64,000 nucleotides of DNA from Clostridia bacterium (GTDB lineage: Bacteria > Bacillota > Clostridia > UMGS1883): positions 32,001 through 96,000 of the forward strand of contig JBJDXJ010000038.1 of NCBI GenBank assembly GCA_051866635.1, given 5' to 3'. The translations under genes were made by a program, and so were the position numbers. This document shows positions 19,164-30,846 of this stretch, one piece after another. The notes under the pieces are model-generated. The model did not search any database and had not been told where the DNA came from. It saw only the letters and a program-made list of their open reading frames with translations. How positions within the stretch are numbered: position 1 is the first letter of the stretch; each line of letters opens with the position of its first letter.

Positions 19164-21873
19164 TTTCCCCATGAGGGCATCTCTTCCTCAGAGAGAGCCT
19201 GAAATACTTGACAGATGGCTTAGTGAAGACCTTTACGGTAAATTGATGGCACATAACGAGGGTAAGCCCCTCTTTATCCTTCATGACGGCCCTCCCTATG
19301 CTAACGGTGATATGCATATGGGTCATGCATTGAACAAAACATTAAAGGATATTATCACACGTTATAAGAATATGAGTGGCTTTAAGGCACCTTATATCCA
19401 CGGTTGGGACACTCACGGTCTTCCCATTGAAAGACAGGCTATTAAAAAGCTTGGTATAAACCGTGAAAGTGCAGGCCCTGTTAAGTTCCGTGAAACATGC
19501 CGTGACTTTGCACTGGGCTATGTTGAAAATCAGAAAAAGCAAATTCAACGTCTTGGCTCAATCGGTGACTGGGACGATATTTATGTAACACTTGACCCCA
19601 AGTTTGAAGCCGAGCAAATCCGTATTTTCGGTGCAATGGCAAAAAAGGGCTATATTTACCGCGGTCTTAAGCCTATTTACTGGTGCCCTGATTGTGAAAC
19701 AGCCTTGGCAGAAGCTGAAATTGAATATGCAGAAGACAAAACAAACTCCATCTACGTTAAGTTTAACGTGAAGGAGGACAACGGCTTATTTGAAAAATTC
19801 GGCATTGACAAGAAGGACGTATACTTCGTTATATGGACAACAACAACATGGACACTTCCTGCCAACGTTGCAATTTCCCTTAACCCCGACTTTGAATACA
19901 GCTTAGTTAAAGCAAATGGCGAAGTTTACGTTATTGCAACAGAGCTTGTTGAAAATGCAATGGCTGAAGGCGGCATTACACAGTACGAAACTGTAGGCAC
20001 ACTTAAGGGCAGTGAAATGGAATATGTTGTGTGTCAGCATCCCTTTATCGAAGACAGGGAAAGCCTTATTATCGTAGGTGACCACGTAACACTTGATGCC
20101 GGTACAGGTTGTGTACACACTGCTCCCGGTCACGGTGTTGAAGACTATATTGTATGCCAGAAGTATAAACAGCTCCCCATCGTTGTTCCCGTTGACTCTA
20201 AGGGTTATTTAAACGAGCTTGCAGGGGAATTTAACGGTCTTTTCTATGAAAAGAGTAACGAAAAGATTATTGAAAGATTAAAGAAGGACAATGCACTTTT
20301 TGCAATAACTCCCATTATCCACCAGTACCCTCACTGCTGGAGATGCCATGAACCTATTGTGTTCCGTGCAACAGAACAGTGGTTTGCTTCCGTTGATGAT
20401 ATTAAGGAAGCGGCAGTTAAGGAAATCGAAAAGGTAAAGTGGATTCCCGCTTGGGGCGAAGACAGGATTAAGTCTATGGTTGTTGACCGAAATGACTGGT
20501 GTATTTCCCGTCAGAGAACATGGGGCGTTCCCATTCCGATTTTCTATTGTGCAGATTGTAAGAAGCCTTTGGTTACTGATGAATCCATTGAAGCTGTAGC
20601 ACGCCTCTTTGGCGAAGAAGGCTCTATTGCATGGTGTACACATGAAGCTGAAGAAATTTTGCCTGAAGGTACAAAGTGTGAATGTGGATGCAGTAAGTTC
20701 ACAAAGGAAAAGGACATTATGGATGTATGGTTTGACTCAGGAAGCAGCCATGCAGGTGTACTTGATGTTAAAAAGTCCCTTACATTCCCCGCGGATGTTT
20801 ACCTTGAAGGTAACGACCAGTACCGTGGTTGGTTCCAGTCCTCACTTTTAACTTCCGTTGCGGCACGTGGCTGTGCACCTTATAAAACAGTTATCACGCA
20901 TGGTATGATTGTTGACCAGACAGGTGCAAAGATGAGTAAGAGCAAGGGCAATGGTATTGCTCCCTCTGACATTATAGATAAATATGGTGCCGACATACTC
21001 CGTTTGTGGGTTGTATCTGCCGACTATAAGACAGATATGAGAATTTCCGATGAAATCTTGAAACAGCTCAGCGAAGCCTACAGAAAAATCAGAAATACTG
21101 CACGTTTCATCTTAGGTAACATTTCCGATTTTAACCCCGATTGCGACATGGTTTCCTATGAAGATATGCAGGAAATTGACAAGTGGGCGTTGATAAGATT
21201 AAACAAACTTGTAGAAAAGGTTATTTCTGCATATGATTCCTATGAATTCCATATGATTTATCACAATATCCACAACTTCTGTGTTGTAGATATGAGTAAC
21301 GTATATCTTGATATTATCAAGGACCGCCTTTATACCCAAAAGGCTGACAGCAAGGAAAGAAGAAGTGCACAGAGTGCTATGTACATTGTACTTGACTCTA
21401 TCGTTAAGCTTATTGCACCCTTCCTTTGCTATACCTCCGAAGAAATCTGGAGCTACATGCCCCATAAGGCAACAGACGAGGATTTCTCCGTTACAATGAA
21501 CGACATGCCCAAGGTAAACCCCGCATATGTTGACGATGAAATCGAACAAAAGTGGGATAGACTCCTTTCCATTCGTGAAAAAGTGCTTAAGGCACTTGAA
21601 GAAGAAAGAGCTGCTAAGAGAATCGGTAAGAGTCTTGAAGCGGCAGTTACAATAACTGCGGATGGTGATTACGAGTTCCTTAAGAATATTGAAGCAACTC
21701 TTGCTGAAGTATTTATTGTTTCCTCTGTCAAGGTGGAAAAGGGCGAAGATAATATTGCTATAACTGCTGCAGAAGGCACAAAGTGTGAAAGATGCTGGAC
21801 TGTTTCCAAGTCTGTGGGTACAATTTCAGCACACCCCACTATTTGTGCAAGATGTGCGGCTAACTTAGAATGA
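19126..21873 (+). CDS. ileS: isoleucyl-tRNA synthetase
   Basis: DGPPYANG, HMGH, WCISRQR, KMSKS, C-terminal CERC...CARC. Confidence 0.98.
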   Translation: MDYSQTLNLPKTDFPMRASLPQREPEILDRWLSEDLYGKLMAHNEGKPLFILHDGPPYANGDMHMGHALNKTLKDIITRYKNMSGFKAPYIHGWDTHGLPIERQAIKKLGINRESAGPVKFRETCRDFALGYVENQKKQIQRLGSIGDWDDIYVTLDPKFEAEQIRIFGAMAKKGYIYRGLKPIYWCPDCETALAEAEIEYAEDKTNSIYVKFNVKEDNGLFEKFGIDKKDVYFVIWTTTTWTLPANVAISLNPDFEYSLVKANGEVYVIATELVENAMAEGGITQYETVGTLKGSEMEYVVCQHPFIEDRESLIIVGDHVTLDAGTGCVHTAPGHGVEDYIVCQKYKQLPIVVPVDSKGYLNELAGEFNGLFYEKSNEKIIERLKKDNALFAITPIIHQYPHCWRCHEPIVFRATEQWFASVDDIKEAAVKEIEKVKWIPAWGEDRIKSMVVDRNDWCISRQRTWGVPIPIFYCADCKKPLVTDESIEAVARLFGEEGSIAWCTHEAEEILPEGTKCECGCSKFTKEKDIMDVWFDSGSSHAGVLDVKKSLTFPADVYLEGNDQYRGWFQSSLLTSVAARGCAPYKTVITHGMIVDQTGAKMSKSKGNGIAPSDIIDKYGADILRLWVVSADYKTDMRISDEILKQLSEAYRKIRNTARFILGNISDFNPDCDMVSYEDMQEIDKWALIRLNKLVEKVISAYDSYEFHMIYHNIHNFCVVDMSNVYLDIIKDRLYTQKADSKERRSAQSAMYIVLDSIVKLIAPFLCYTSEEIWSYMPHKATDEDFSVTMNDMPKVNPAYVDDEIEQKWDRLLSIREKVLKALEEERAAKRIGKSLEAAVTITADGDYEFLKNIEATLAEVFIVSSVKVEKGEDNIAITAAEGTKCERCWTVSKSVGTISAHPTICARCAANLE

Positions 21874-21877
21874 TTTT

Positions 21878-21913
21878 TTTCGTCACAGAGGAAGTGTTTC
21901 CTCTGTGACGAAA
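21878..21913. other. perfect 16-bp stem-loop between ileS and lspA, no U-tract
   Basis: TTTCGTCACAGAGGAA-GTGT-TTCCTCTGTGACGAAA. Confidence 0.8.
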
Positions 21914-21925
21914 TGCTATGGAGAG

Positions 21926-22402
21926 ATGATTTTGAAAAAGAGTCTTGTAGTTAAATATTCCGTTTTTTCATTAATTGCTGTTATTATATGTGTTTTAGAC
22001 CAAGCGACAAAGTCTTATATTGCATCTACCTTTATAACAGGCGAAACAAGAAATGTTATATCGGGAATTTTAAATTTCACCTATGTTAAGAACAAGGGTG
22101 CCGCATTCGGTATGCTCCAAGGGCAGAAGGTAGCATTTCTCGTTCTTACGGTGGTTGTTTTTGTTGCGGCAATATGGTACATCGGCAAGCACCGCCCTGA
22201 AAGCTCGCTGTTTCTTTGTGCTATAAGCTTTATTCTTTCAGGTGCTGTAGGTAACGCTATTGATCGTGTTATGTTAGGCTTTGTCCGTGACTTTATCGAA
22301 GTGGCATTTATAAACTTCCCTGTATTCAATATAGCTGACTGTGCCATCTGTATAGGGGCAGGTTTACTTATTATACATGCATTCAGAAACACCGAGGAGT
22401 AA
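21926..22402 (+). CDS. lspA: lipoprotein signal peptidase II
   Basis: LDQATK, NKGAAFG, GAVGNAIDR, VRDFI, FNIAD. Confidence 0.95.
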   Translation: MILKKSLVVKYSVFSLIAVIICVLDQATKSYIASTFITGETRNVISGILNFTYVKNKGAAFGMLQGQKVAFLVLTVVVFVAAIWYIGKHRPESSLFLCAISFILSGAVGNAIDRVMLGFVRDFIEVAFINFPVFNIADCAICIGAGLLIIHAFRNTEE

Positions 22403-22403
22403 T

Positions 22404-23330
22404 ATGACAGATAAGATAGTATTAGAAGCAACAGAAAACGCACGGTGCGATAAATTTATTGCCGAAAATGTACAGGGCGTTTCACGCTCACACATCAAAC
22501 GCCTTTTTGATGAAGGAAAGGTGTTTGTAAACGGCGTAGAGAGAAGTGCTTCCTATAAATTAAAAATAGGGGACGAAATCACATTTGAAATCCCCGAAAC
22601 TCAGGAAATTGATGCTGAACCTGAAAATATCCCCATTGATATTGTGTACGAGGACGATTACCTTCTTGTAATAAATAAAAAGCGTGGTATGGTAGTTCAT
22701 CCCGCACCGGGAAACAATTCGGGAACACTTGTTAATGCAATCCTTTATCACTGTCAAGGTAACCTTTCGGGCATTAACGGAAAAATAAGGCCCGGTATTG
22801 TCCACAGAATAGATAAGGACACAACGGGGCTACTTGTTGTGGCAAAAACTAACGAAGCACACCTTTGTCTGTCGGACCAGCTTGGGGACAGAAGTCTGTC
22901 AAGGGAGTATTACGCACTTGTTCACGGGAACATAAAAGAGGACAGCGGCACAGTTGACGCTCCCATTGCCAGAAGCCTTACCGACCGTAAGAAAATGGCG
23001 GTGTCATATAAAAACAGCCGTGAAGCGGTAACTGACTTTTTTGTTGAAGAACGCTTCGGCATGTACACTCTTGTGCGTTGCAAATTAAGAACGGGCAGAA
23101 CACATCAGATACGTGTTCATATGAAACACATCGGTCACCCCATTGTAGGGGATAAGGCATACGGTGTAAAAAAGGAAGAATTTAATCTTGAAGGACAGCT
23201 CCTTCATGCAGGCAAAATCGGTTTTATACACCCTGAAAGCGGGGAAAGGGTCAGCTTTTCTGCACCTATTCCCGAAGACTTTCAGAAGGTTTTAGATATA
23301 CTTTTTAACAGAAGAGAAAGAGAGGATTGA
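22404..23330 (+). CDS. rluD: RluA/RluD-family pseudouridine synthase
   Basis: S4 domain, [24 protein letters not shown]. Confidence 0.9.
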   Translation: MTDKIVLEATENARCDKFIAENVQGVSRSHIKRLFDEGKVFVNGVERSASYKLKIGDEITFEIPETQEIDAEPENIPIDIVYEDDYLLVINKKRGMVVHPAPGNNSGTLVNAILYHCQGNLSGINGKIRPGIVHRIDKDTTGLLVVAKTNEAHLCLSDQLGDRSLSREYYALVHGNIKEDSGTVDAPIARSLTDRKKMAVSYKNSREAVTDFFVEERFGMYTLVRCKLRTGRTHQIRVHMKHIGHPIVGDKAYGVKKEEFNLEGQLLHAGKIGFIHPESGERVSFSAPIPEDFQKVLDILFNRRERED

Positions 23331-23332
23331 CC

Positions 23333-24250
23333 ATGATTTCAGGAAGAAAGGACCTTTTAGGTATCCGGGAGCTTTCCAAAGAAGACATTATAGCTATTTT
23401 GGACAAGGCAGACGAAATGAAGAAAATTGTAAAATCGGACAATAAGAAAATTTCGGCCTTACAAGGCAAAAGCGTAATCACCTTGTTTTATGAAAATTCC
23501 ACAAGAACACGCACAAGCTTTGAACTTGCAAGTAAGTATATGGGTGCATCCAGTGCCAATATCGCCGCATCAGGCTCATCTATTCAGAAGGGTGAATCAC
23601 TTATTGACACAGGTAAAACTCTTGACTCTATGGGTACAGACGCTATAATAATCCGTCACAGTGCATCAGGTGCCCCTCATCTTCTGGCAAAGAACGTTAA
23701 GGCAAGCGTTATAAACGCAGGGGACGGCATGAACGAGCATCCCACACAGGCCCTTTTGGATATGCTTACAATTCGTGAAAAGAAGGGCAAAATCGAAGGC
23801 TTAAAGGTTGCAATAATCGGTGATGTTACACATTCACGAGTTGCAAGAAGCGACACCTTTGCTTTAACAAAATTAGGTGCAGAAGTCTTTATTGCAGGTC
23901 CTCCCACACTTATACCTTTGGATTTTGAAAAATTGGGCAATGTTGTAATGTGTGAAAGCGTAGAGGAAGCAATCTTTGAAGCTGATGTTATAATTAACCT
24001 CCGTATTCAGCTTGAAAGACAAAAGTCTGCTCTTTTCCCGACGGTACGTGAATACAGCGAATTTTTCGGCATGAGCTTAGACAGGCTGAAATTTGCAAAG
24101 CCCGATGCACTTATTATGCACCCCGGTCCCGTAAACCGCGGTATTGAAATTTCCACATACGTTGCAGACTGTGACCAAAGCGTAATTAACGAACAGGTTA
24201 CAAGCGGTGTTGCGGTACGAATGGCAGTATTGGACATGTTGTGTAACTGA
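23333..24250 (+). CDS. pyrB: aspartate carbamoyltransferase
   Basis: [25 protein letters not shown]. Confidence 0.97.
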   Translation: MISGRKDLLGIRELSKEDIIAILDKADEMKKIVKSDNKKISALQGKSVITLFYENSTRTRTSFELASKYMGASSANIAASGSSIQKGESLIDTGKTLDSMGTDAIIIRHSASGAPHLLAKNVKASVINAGDGMNEHPTQALLDMLTIREKKGKIEGLKVAIIGDVTHSRVARSDTFALTKLGAEVFIAGPPTLIPLDFEKLGNVVMCESVEEAIFEADVIINLRIQLERQKSALFPTVREYSEFFGMSLDRLKFAKPDALIMHPGPVNRGIEISTYVADCDQSVINEQVTSGVAVRMAVLDMLCN

Positions 24251-24287
24251 TTTACGGTATTACTTTATAGCATAGGGAGGAATAAGT

Positions 24288-25562
24288 ATGAAATTACTGG
24301 TAAAAAACGGTCATATTATAGATTTGAAGAATAACCTTGATATGTACGGTGATATTTTAGTTTTAGACGGTGTTATCGTACAGATTGGTGAAAATATTGA
24401 AGATAGCGAAGCGGAAATTATAGATGCTAAGGGCATGGTTGTTTCCGCAGGTCTTATAGACATGCACGTTCACCTTCGTGAACCCGGGTTTGAATATAAG
24501 GAGGATATAATGACAGGAACAAAGGCGGCAGCTGCGGGGGGATTTACCTCTGTTTGCTGTATGCCCAACACAAAGCCTGTATGCGACAACGGTGCAGTTG
24601 CAAGCTTTATCCGTTCCCGTGCAGAAAAGGTTGCCTCCTGTAGGGTTTTCCCTGTAGGTGCAATCACAAAGGGACTTGAAGGTGTGGAGCTTGCTGAAAT
24701 GGGCGAAATGAAGAAGGAGGGCATTGTTGCGGTATCTGACGACGGCAGACCTGTTTCAAACGGTTCCGTTATGCGTAGGGCACTTATGTATGCATCACAT
24801 TTTGACCTTCCCGTAATAAGCCACTGTGAAGAATTAAGCCTTCTTGACTCAGGCAGTATGAACGACTCGGAAACTTGTACATTATTGGGACTTCGCCCCA
24901 TTGTTCCCGCTGTTGAGGAAGCAATGGTTGCCCGTGACATTTTAATTGCGGAACACGAAAAGAAGAGAGTACACATTGCCCACGTAAGCACACGGGGAAG
25001 TGTTGATTTAATCCGTCAGGCTAAACGCCGCGGTGTACTTGTTACATGCGAAACGGCACCTCACTATTTCTCTCTTACAGATAAAGCGGTAGCCGGCTAT
25101 AACACAAACGCAAAGATGAATCCTCCCCTTCGCAGTCAGGATGATGTTGATGCTATTGTTGAAGGACTTTGTGACGGTACTATCGATGCAATCATCACAG
25201 ACCATGCACCACACCATATTGACGAAAAGAACCTTGAATTTGACTATGCGGCAAACGGCATTGTGGGACTTGAAACCTCCCTTGCACTTAGCATAACATA
25301 TCTTGTTAAAACAGGCAAAATGACACTTGGGGAAATGCTCTTGAAGATGACAAGTAACCCTTCGGGCATTTTGAACTTAGGCTTAGGCGAAATTGCATTA
25401 GGTGCAATAGCTGACCTTACTATTTTTGACCCTGACGAAATATGGACTGTTGATGTGAATAAGTTTAATTCAAAGAGCAAAAACTCACCCTATGACGGAT
25501 ATACTCTGTCGGGTAAAGCTCATGTTACTATTGTAGAGGGACGGGTGATGTATAATGGATAA
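24288..25562 (+). CDS. pyrC: dihydroorotase
   Basis: [23 protein letters not shown]. Confidence 0.96.
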   Translation: MKLLVKNGHIIDLKNNLDMYGDILVLDGVIVQIGENIEDSEAEIIDAKGMVVSAGLIDMHVHLREPGFEYKEDIMTGTKAAAAGGFTSVCCMPNTKPVCDNGAVASFIRSRAEKVASCRVFPVGAITKGLEGVELAEMGEMKKEGIVAVSDDGRPVSNGSVMRRALMYASHFDLPVISHCEELSLLDSGSMNDSETCTLLGLRPIVPAVEEAMVARDILIAEHEKKRVHIAHVSTRGSVDLIRQAKRRGVLVTCETAPHYFSLTDKAVAGYNTNAKMNPPLRSQDDVDAIVEGLCDGTIDAIITDHAPHHIDEKNLEFDYAANGIVGLETSLALSITYLVKTGKMTLGEMLLKMTSNPSGILNLGLGEIALGAIADLTIFDPDEIWTVDVNKFNSKSKNSPYDGYTLSGKAHVTIVEGRVMYNG

Positions 25563-26475
25563 ACTCATTAAAAAAATTATTGAAAAGGATATGAACCCCA
25601 CTGTTGCAGGTTTGGATCCCAAACTTGACTATGTACCTGATTTTATTAAGATACCCTGCATGGAAAAGGCTGGGGATAATCTTGCAAAGGGTGCGGCAGA
25701 TGCACTTTATGAATTTAACAAGGTTTTAATTGATAACCTTTATGACATTGTTCCCGCTGTTAAGCCACAAAGTGCCTACTACGAAATGTACGGCATTGAA
25801 GGCATTAAGTGCCTTCAGAAAACTATGGAATATGCCAAAGAAAAAGGTATGTATGTGCTTTTGGATGTAAAGCGTGGCGACATCGGTGCAACGGCAGAGG
25901 CCTATTCCGCAGGATATATCGGACAGACCGACTACATGGGCAAAAAGGCAAGGAGCTTTACCCCCGATTGTATAACTGTTAACCCCTATCTTGGAACAGA
26001 CGGATTAAAACCCTTTGTTAAGGATTGCAGTGAAAATGACAAGGATATTTTCATCCTTGTTAAAACAAGTAATCCTTCTTCCGGAGAATTGCAGGATTTA
26101 AAGGTTGACGGAACACCTATCTATGAAAAAACTGCACAGATTGTATGTGATTTAGGTAAAGATTCCGTTGGCGAATACGGCTATAACCGTATCGGTGCTG
26201 TTGTTGGTGCAACATACCCCATGCAGCTTACACGCCTTCGTGAAATTATGCCAAATACATTTTTCCTTATCCCCGGCTACGGTGCACAGGGCGGAAAGGC
26301 AGAGGACTGTGCTTTGGCGTTTGACAAGAACGGTCTAGGCGGTTTGGTTAATTCCTCCCGTGGCATTATGTGTGCATATAAGAAAGGCGACTGGAAGGAT
26401 GAAGAATTCGGATTGGCGGCACGTAGAGAAGCAGAGAATATGAAGGAGGCTCTTAAAAAATGTATACTCAAGTAA
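25555..26475 (+). CDS. pyrF: orotidine-5'-phosphate decarboxylase
   Basis: [28 protein letters not shown]. Confidence 0.95.
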   Translation: MDKLIKKIIEKDMNPTVAGLDPKLDYVPDFIKIPCMEKAGDNLAKGAADALYEFNKVLIDNLYDIVPAVKPQSAYYEMYGIEGIKCLQKTMEYAKEKGMYVLLDVKRGDIGATAEAYSAGYIGQTDYMGKKARSFTPDCITVNPYLGTDGLKPFVKDCSENDKDIFILVKTSNPSSGELQDLKVDGTPIYEKTAQIVCDLGKDSVGEYGYNRIGAVVGATYPMQLTRLREIMPNTFFLIPGYGAQGGKAEDCALAFDKNGLGGLVNSSRGIMCAYKKGDWKDEEFGLAARREAENMKEALKKCILK

Positions 26476-27206
26476 AATACTGTAAGATAGTTTCAAAAAG
26501 AGAAATTGCGAAAAATCAGATTGAGCTTCTTCTTGAAAATGAAGCTTTGGCACGTGAGGCACAGCCGGGACAGTTTGTCCACATAAATATCGGCAGTGAC
26601 AAGCACATTTTAAGGCGTCCTATCTCAATTTGTGACGCATATGATAATATTACACGTATCGTTTTTGAATTAAAAGGTGACGGTACAAGAATTTTAAGCG
26701 AAAAAAATGTTGGTGACACAATCGATCTTCTTGGCCCCTTAGGCACAGGCTTTACTGTTGACAAAGAGGCAAAGGCTGTTGTTTTAGGCGGCGGACTTGG
26801 CTCCTTCCCACTTTTGTTCCTTGCAAAGAATTTGACAAGCCCAAAGGTATTCTTGGGCTTCCGTGATAAGGAAATGGTTTGCATGGAGGAGGACTTTTCC
26901 GCCTGTGGCGAAACTGTTATTGCGACAGATAACGGCACCTACGGATATAACGGCTTTGCAATAAATGCCGCAAAGGATGCAATTGATGATTGCGACATTA
27001 TCTATGCCTGCGGACCGGGTCCCATGTTAAAAGCAGTAAAACAGCTTGCCGAAGAAAAGGGCATTAAAGCTGAAATCAGCATGGAACAGCGAATGGGATG
27101 CGGATTAGGTGCTTGCCTTGTGTGCGTTTGCAAAACACATTCAGGTTATGACAAGGTTTGCCAGAAGGGTCCCGTATTTGATGCGAAAGAGGTGGTTTTT
27201 GAATGA
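26460..27206 (+). CDS. pyrK: dihydroorotate dehydrogenase electron transfer subunit
   Basis: LRRPISI, GPLG, MGCGLGACLVC...VCQKGPVF. Confidence 0.94.
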   Translation: MYTQVKYCKIVSKREIAKNQIELLLENEALAREAQPGQFVHINIGSDKHILRRPISICDAYDNITRIVFELKGDGTRILSEKNVGDTIDLLGPLGTGFTVDKEAKAVVLGGGLGSFPLLFLAKNLTSPKVFLGFRDKEMVCMEEDFSACGETVIATDNGTYGYNGFAINAAKDAIDDCDIIYACGPGPMLKAVKQLAEEKGIKAEISMEQRMGCGLGACLVCVCKTHSGYDKVCQKGPVFDAKEVVFE

Positions 27207-28120
27207 TAAATACTAAAGTTAATTTTTGCGGTGTTGAATTTGAAAATCCCGTTGTAACAGCCAGCGGTACATTTGGCTTCGGCTATGAATATTCACAGTA
27301 TTATGATTTGGATTATATAGGCGGCATAAGCGTTAAGGGACTTACCTTAAAGCCCAGAGAGGGTAACAAACCTCCCCGTATTGCCGAAGTTTACGGTGGT
27401 ATTTTAAACAGCGTGGGACTTCAGAACCCCGGACTTGAACACTTTTTGGAATACGACTTGCCCTTTTTGAAAAACAAGTTTAAAAAGTGCAAAATTATTG
27501 CTAATATTGCCGGAAACACTGTAGAAGATTATATTGAAATGGGCAAACTTATAAGCCAAAGTAATGTTGATTTGGTTGAAATGAATATTTCCTGCCCCAA
27601 CGTAAAAGAGGGCGGTGTTGCTTTCGGTACTGACCCTTGCATGGTGGCAGAAATTACATCAAAGGTTAAAGAAAAGTGCGGAAAACCCCTTGTTGTAAAA
27701 CTTTCCCCCAATGTTACCGATATAACCGCAATTGCAAAAAGTGCCGAAAAAGCAGGTGCTGACGGACTTAGCCTTATTAACACCCTTTTGGGTATGAAAA
27801 TTGATATCAGAACACGCCGTCCCATTTTAAACAACAATGTTGGCGGTATGAGCGGCCCCGCTGTAAAGCCTGTTGCCGTAAGAATGGTATGGCAGGTTAA
27901 AAATGCTGTAAATATCCCCATTATAGGTATGGGCGGCATATGTGACGGCAATGATGCAGTTGAATTTATGCTTGCAGGTGCAAGCCTTGTATCTGTAGGT
28001 ACACAGAACTTTGTTGACCCCTATGCGGCAATAAAGACTGCATCAGGCATTGAAGAATATCTTAAAAATAATAACATCGGTGATGTAAACGAAATCATCG
28101 GGGCAGTAAAGCCTTGGTAA
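27203..28120 (+). CDS. pyrD: dihydroorotate dehydrogenase, family 1B
   Basis: TASGTFG, NSVGLQNPG, NISCPNV, KLSPNVTD. Confidence 0.96.
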   Translation: MINTKVNFCGVEFENPVVTASGTFGFGYEYSQYYDLDYIGGISVKGLTLKPREGNKPPRIAEVYGGILNSVGLQNPGLEHFLEYDLPFLKNKFKKCKIIANIAGNTVEDYIEMGKLISQSNVDLVEMNISCPNVKEGGVAFGTDPCMVAEITSKVKEKCGKPLVVKLSPNVTDITAIAKSAEKAGADGLSLINTLLGMKIDIRTRRPILNNNVGGMSGPAVKPVAVRMVWQVKNAVNIPIIGMGGICDGNDAVEFMLAGASLVSVGTQNFVDPYAAIKTASGIEEYLKNNNIGDVNEIIGAVKPW

Positions 28121-28142
28121 AAAAACGAAAAGAGTGATACAG

Positions 28143-30074
28143 ATGAGTAAAGGTAAATTTTATATTACTACACCTATATATTATCCAAGTGACAAACTTC
28201 ATATCGGTCATGCATACTGTACTGTAGCGGCAGACAGCATTGCAAGATATAAGAGAGCACAGGGCTATGACGTAATGTTTTTAACAGGTACTGACGAACA
28301 CGGTCAGAAAATTCAGCGTAAGGCAGAAGCTAAGGGCGTTACACCGCAGGAATATGTTGACAACATCGTTTTAGGCATTAAGGACTTGTGGAAATTAATG
28401 AACGTTTCCAACGACCGCTTTATCCGTACAACAGACGAAATGCACGTAAAAGCCGTTCAGAAAATTTTCAACAAGCTTTACGAAAAGGGCGATATTTATA
28501 AAAGCGAATACGAAGGTTTATACTGCACACCTTGCGAAGCCTTCTGGACCCCCACCCAGCTTAAGGACGGCAAGTGTCCCGACTGTGGCGGCAATGTTGA
28601 AAAAACAAAGGAGGAAAGCTATTTCTTCCGTCTTTCAAAATATCAGGATAAGTTAATCGATTTAATTGAAAATAACCCCGACTTTTTACAGCCTGCTTCA
28701 AGGCAAAACGAAATGTTAAATAACTTCCTCCGCCCGGGGCTTGAGGATTTGTGCGTTTCAAGAACAAGCTTTAACTGGGGTATTCCCGTAACATTTGACC
28801 CTAAGCATGTTGTGTACGTATGGCTTGATGCACTTACAAACTACATTACTGCTATGGGTGCATTTACTGACAATGATGAGGACTTTAAAAAGTACTGGCC
28901 CTGTGACGTACATCTTGTGGGCAAGGAAATCGTAAGGTTCCATTCAATAATCTGGCCTGCTATGCTTATGGCACTTGATTTGCCCCTTCCTAAGCAGATT
29001 TTCGGTCACGGTTGGCTTAAAATCGACGGGGATAAGATGAGCAAGAGTAAGGGAAACGTGGTTGACCCTGTTGTACTTGTAAATAATTACGGCGTTGACG
29101 CTATCAGGTATTTCTTGATGCGTGAAGTTCCCTTCGGAAGCGACGGCGACTTTACAAACGAAACACTTATTGCACGTATTAACGCAGACCTTGCAAACGA
29201 TTTGGGTAACCTTGTTTCAAGAACTGTTGCGATGGTTGAAAAGTACTTTGGCGGCACCATCCCCGAAGAAAGAGAAACAGCGGATATTGATAACGAGCTT
29301 ATTTCACTTGCATCAAAAACAGCTGAAAATGTTGAAAAACTGATGGATTCCTTTGATTTTTCCAACGCACTCAGCGAAATATGGAAACTTATTTCAAGAG
29401 CAAACAAGTACATTGATGAAACAACACCCTGGGTACTTAGTAAGGATGAAACAAAGAAGGCACGCCTTGCCACGGTAATGTATAACCTTGTTGAATGTTT
29501 GCGTATCGTTTCCGAGCTTATACGCCCTGTAATGCCAAACACAACGCCCAAAATCCTTGAACAGATTGGATGCGACTCATACGGTTGGGACAGTGCAAAG
29601 GAATACGGCAAGGCAAAGAATGTAACAGTTAAGAAGGGCGAAGTTTTATTCCCCCGTATAGACCTGGAAAAAGAGCTTGAACGCCTTGAACAGGAAAAGA
29701 AGGCAAAGGAAGAACCACCTAAAAAGACAATTGAAAAGCCCGAAGAAAAGGAAGAAATCACAATTGACGAATTTTGCAAGATTGACCTTCGTGTAGGTAC
29801 GGTACTTTCTTGCGAAAAGGTTAAAAAGTCAAACAAGCTTTTAAAGTTCCGGCTTGACTTTGGCTATGAACAGCGTCAGATTGTATCGGGTATTGCAAAA
29901 TATTATAACCCTGACGATTTAATAGGCAAGCAGGTTGTGGCAGTTGTTAATCTTAAGCCCGTAAAACTTTGCGGTGAGGACAGTTTCGGTATGATTTTGT
30001 CTGCCGCAAATGGTGAAGAGCTTTCACTTGTATCGCCTATTGCACCTATTACAGAGGGCAGTGAGGTACGATAA
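28143..30074 (+). CDS. metG: methionyl-tRNA synthetase
   Basis: HIGH, GTDEHGQK, KMSKS, C-terminal tRNA-binding domain. Confidence 0.98.
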   Translation: MSKGKFYITTPIYYPSDKLHIGHAYCTVAADSIARYKRAQGYDVMFLTGTDEHGQKIQRKAEAKGVTPQEYVDNIVLGIKDLWKLMNVSNDRFIRTTDEMHVKAVQKIFNKLYEKGDIYKSEYEGLYCTPCEAFWTPTQLKDGKCPDCGGNVEKTKEESYFFRLSKYQDKLIDLIENNPDFLQPASRQNEMLNNFLRPGLEDLCVSRTSFNWGIPVTFDPKHVVYVWLDALTNYITAMGAFTDNDEDFKKYWPCDVHLVGKEIVRFHSIIWPAMLMALDLPLPKQIFGHGWLKIDGDKMSKSKGNVVDPVVLVNNYGVDAIRYFLMREVPFGSDGDFTNETLIARINADLANDLGNLVSRTVAMVEKYFGGTIPEERETADIDNELISLASKTAENVEKLMDSFDFSNALSEIWKLISRANKYIDETTPWVLSKDETKKARLATVMYNLVECLRIVSELIRPVMPNTTPKILEQIGCDSYGWDSAKEYGKAKNVTVKKGEVLFPRIDLEKELERLEQEKKAKEEPPKKTIEKPEEKEEITIDEFCKIDLRVGTVLSCEKVKKSNKLLKFRLDFGYEQRQIVSGIAKYYNPDDLIGKQVVAVVNLKPVKLCGEDSFGMILSAANGEELSLVSPIAPITEGSEVR

Positions 30075-30844
30075 TGTTATTTGACGTTCATGCACATTAC
30101 GATGACGAGCGTTTTGACGAGGACAGGGATATTATCCTGTCCTCAATGCATGATAACAACGTTGGTCATATTATAAATATAGGTTGCGATATTGAGTCAA
30201 GCGAAAAAAGTATTGAACTTAGCGAAAAATATCATTTCGTATATGCGGCAGTGGGCTTTCACCCCCACGAAGCGGAAAATGTAAGAATAGGCGACTACGA
30301 CAGAATAATTGAAATGGCAAAACACGAAAAGGTGGTTGCCATAGGTGAAATCGGACTTGATTACTATTACGGCAAAGACACTATGGAAATTCAGCGTAAG
30401 GTTTTTTTTGAGCAGATTGAGCTTGCAAAAAGTGTTGATTTGCCCTTTCAGGTTCACTCTCGCGATTCCACCCGTGACTGTCTTGCAATTTTAAAAGAGG
30501 CAAAGATGGGCGACAGACGTGGTATGATGCACTGCTTTTCAGAAAGCAGAGAAACTGCCCGTGAAATGCTTAACTTAGGCATGAAAATTTCAATAGGCGG
30601 TATTGTAACCTTTAAAAATAACGTGAAAACCGTTGAGGTTGTAAAATACGTACCCATTGAAGAAATGATGATTGAGACAGACTCTCCCTATCTTGCACCG
30701 GTGCCTTATCGCGGCAAGCGTAACAGTTCGGTGTATATGCACGCTGTGGCTGAAAAAATTGCCCTGTTAAAGGGCATGGATGTAGAAGAGGTTGTGGCAA
30801 TTACGGAAAAGAACGCAAAAGACTTTTTTAATATTAAGGACTGA
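30074..30844 (+). CDS. tatD: TatD-family nuclease
   Basis: DVHAH, GFHPH, IGEIGLDYY, HCFS, ETDSPYL. Confidence 0.93.
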   Translation: MLFDVHAHYDDERFDEDRDIILSSMHDNNVGHIINIGCDIESSEKSIELSEKYHFVYAAVGFHPHEAENVRIGDYDRIIEMAKHEKVVAIGEIGLDYYYGKDTMEIQRKVFFEQIELAKSVDLPFQVHSRDSTRDCLAILKEAKMGDRRGMMHCFSESRETAREMLNLGMKISIGGIVTFKNNVKTVEVVKYVPIEEMMIETDSPYLAPVPYRGKRNSSVYMHAVAEKIALLKGMDVEEVVAITEKNAKDFFNIKD

Positions 30845-30846
30845 AT

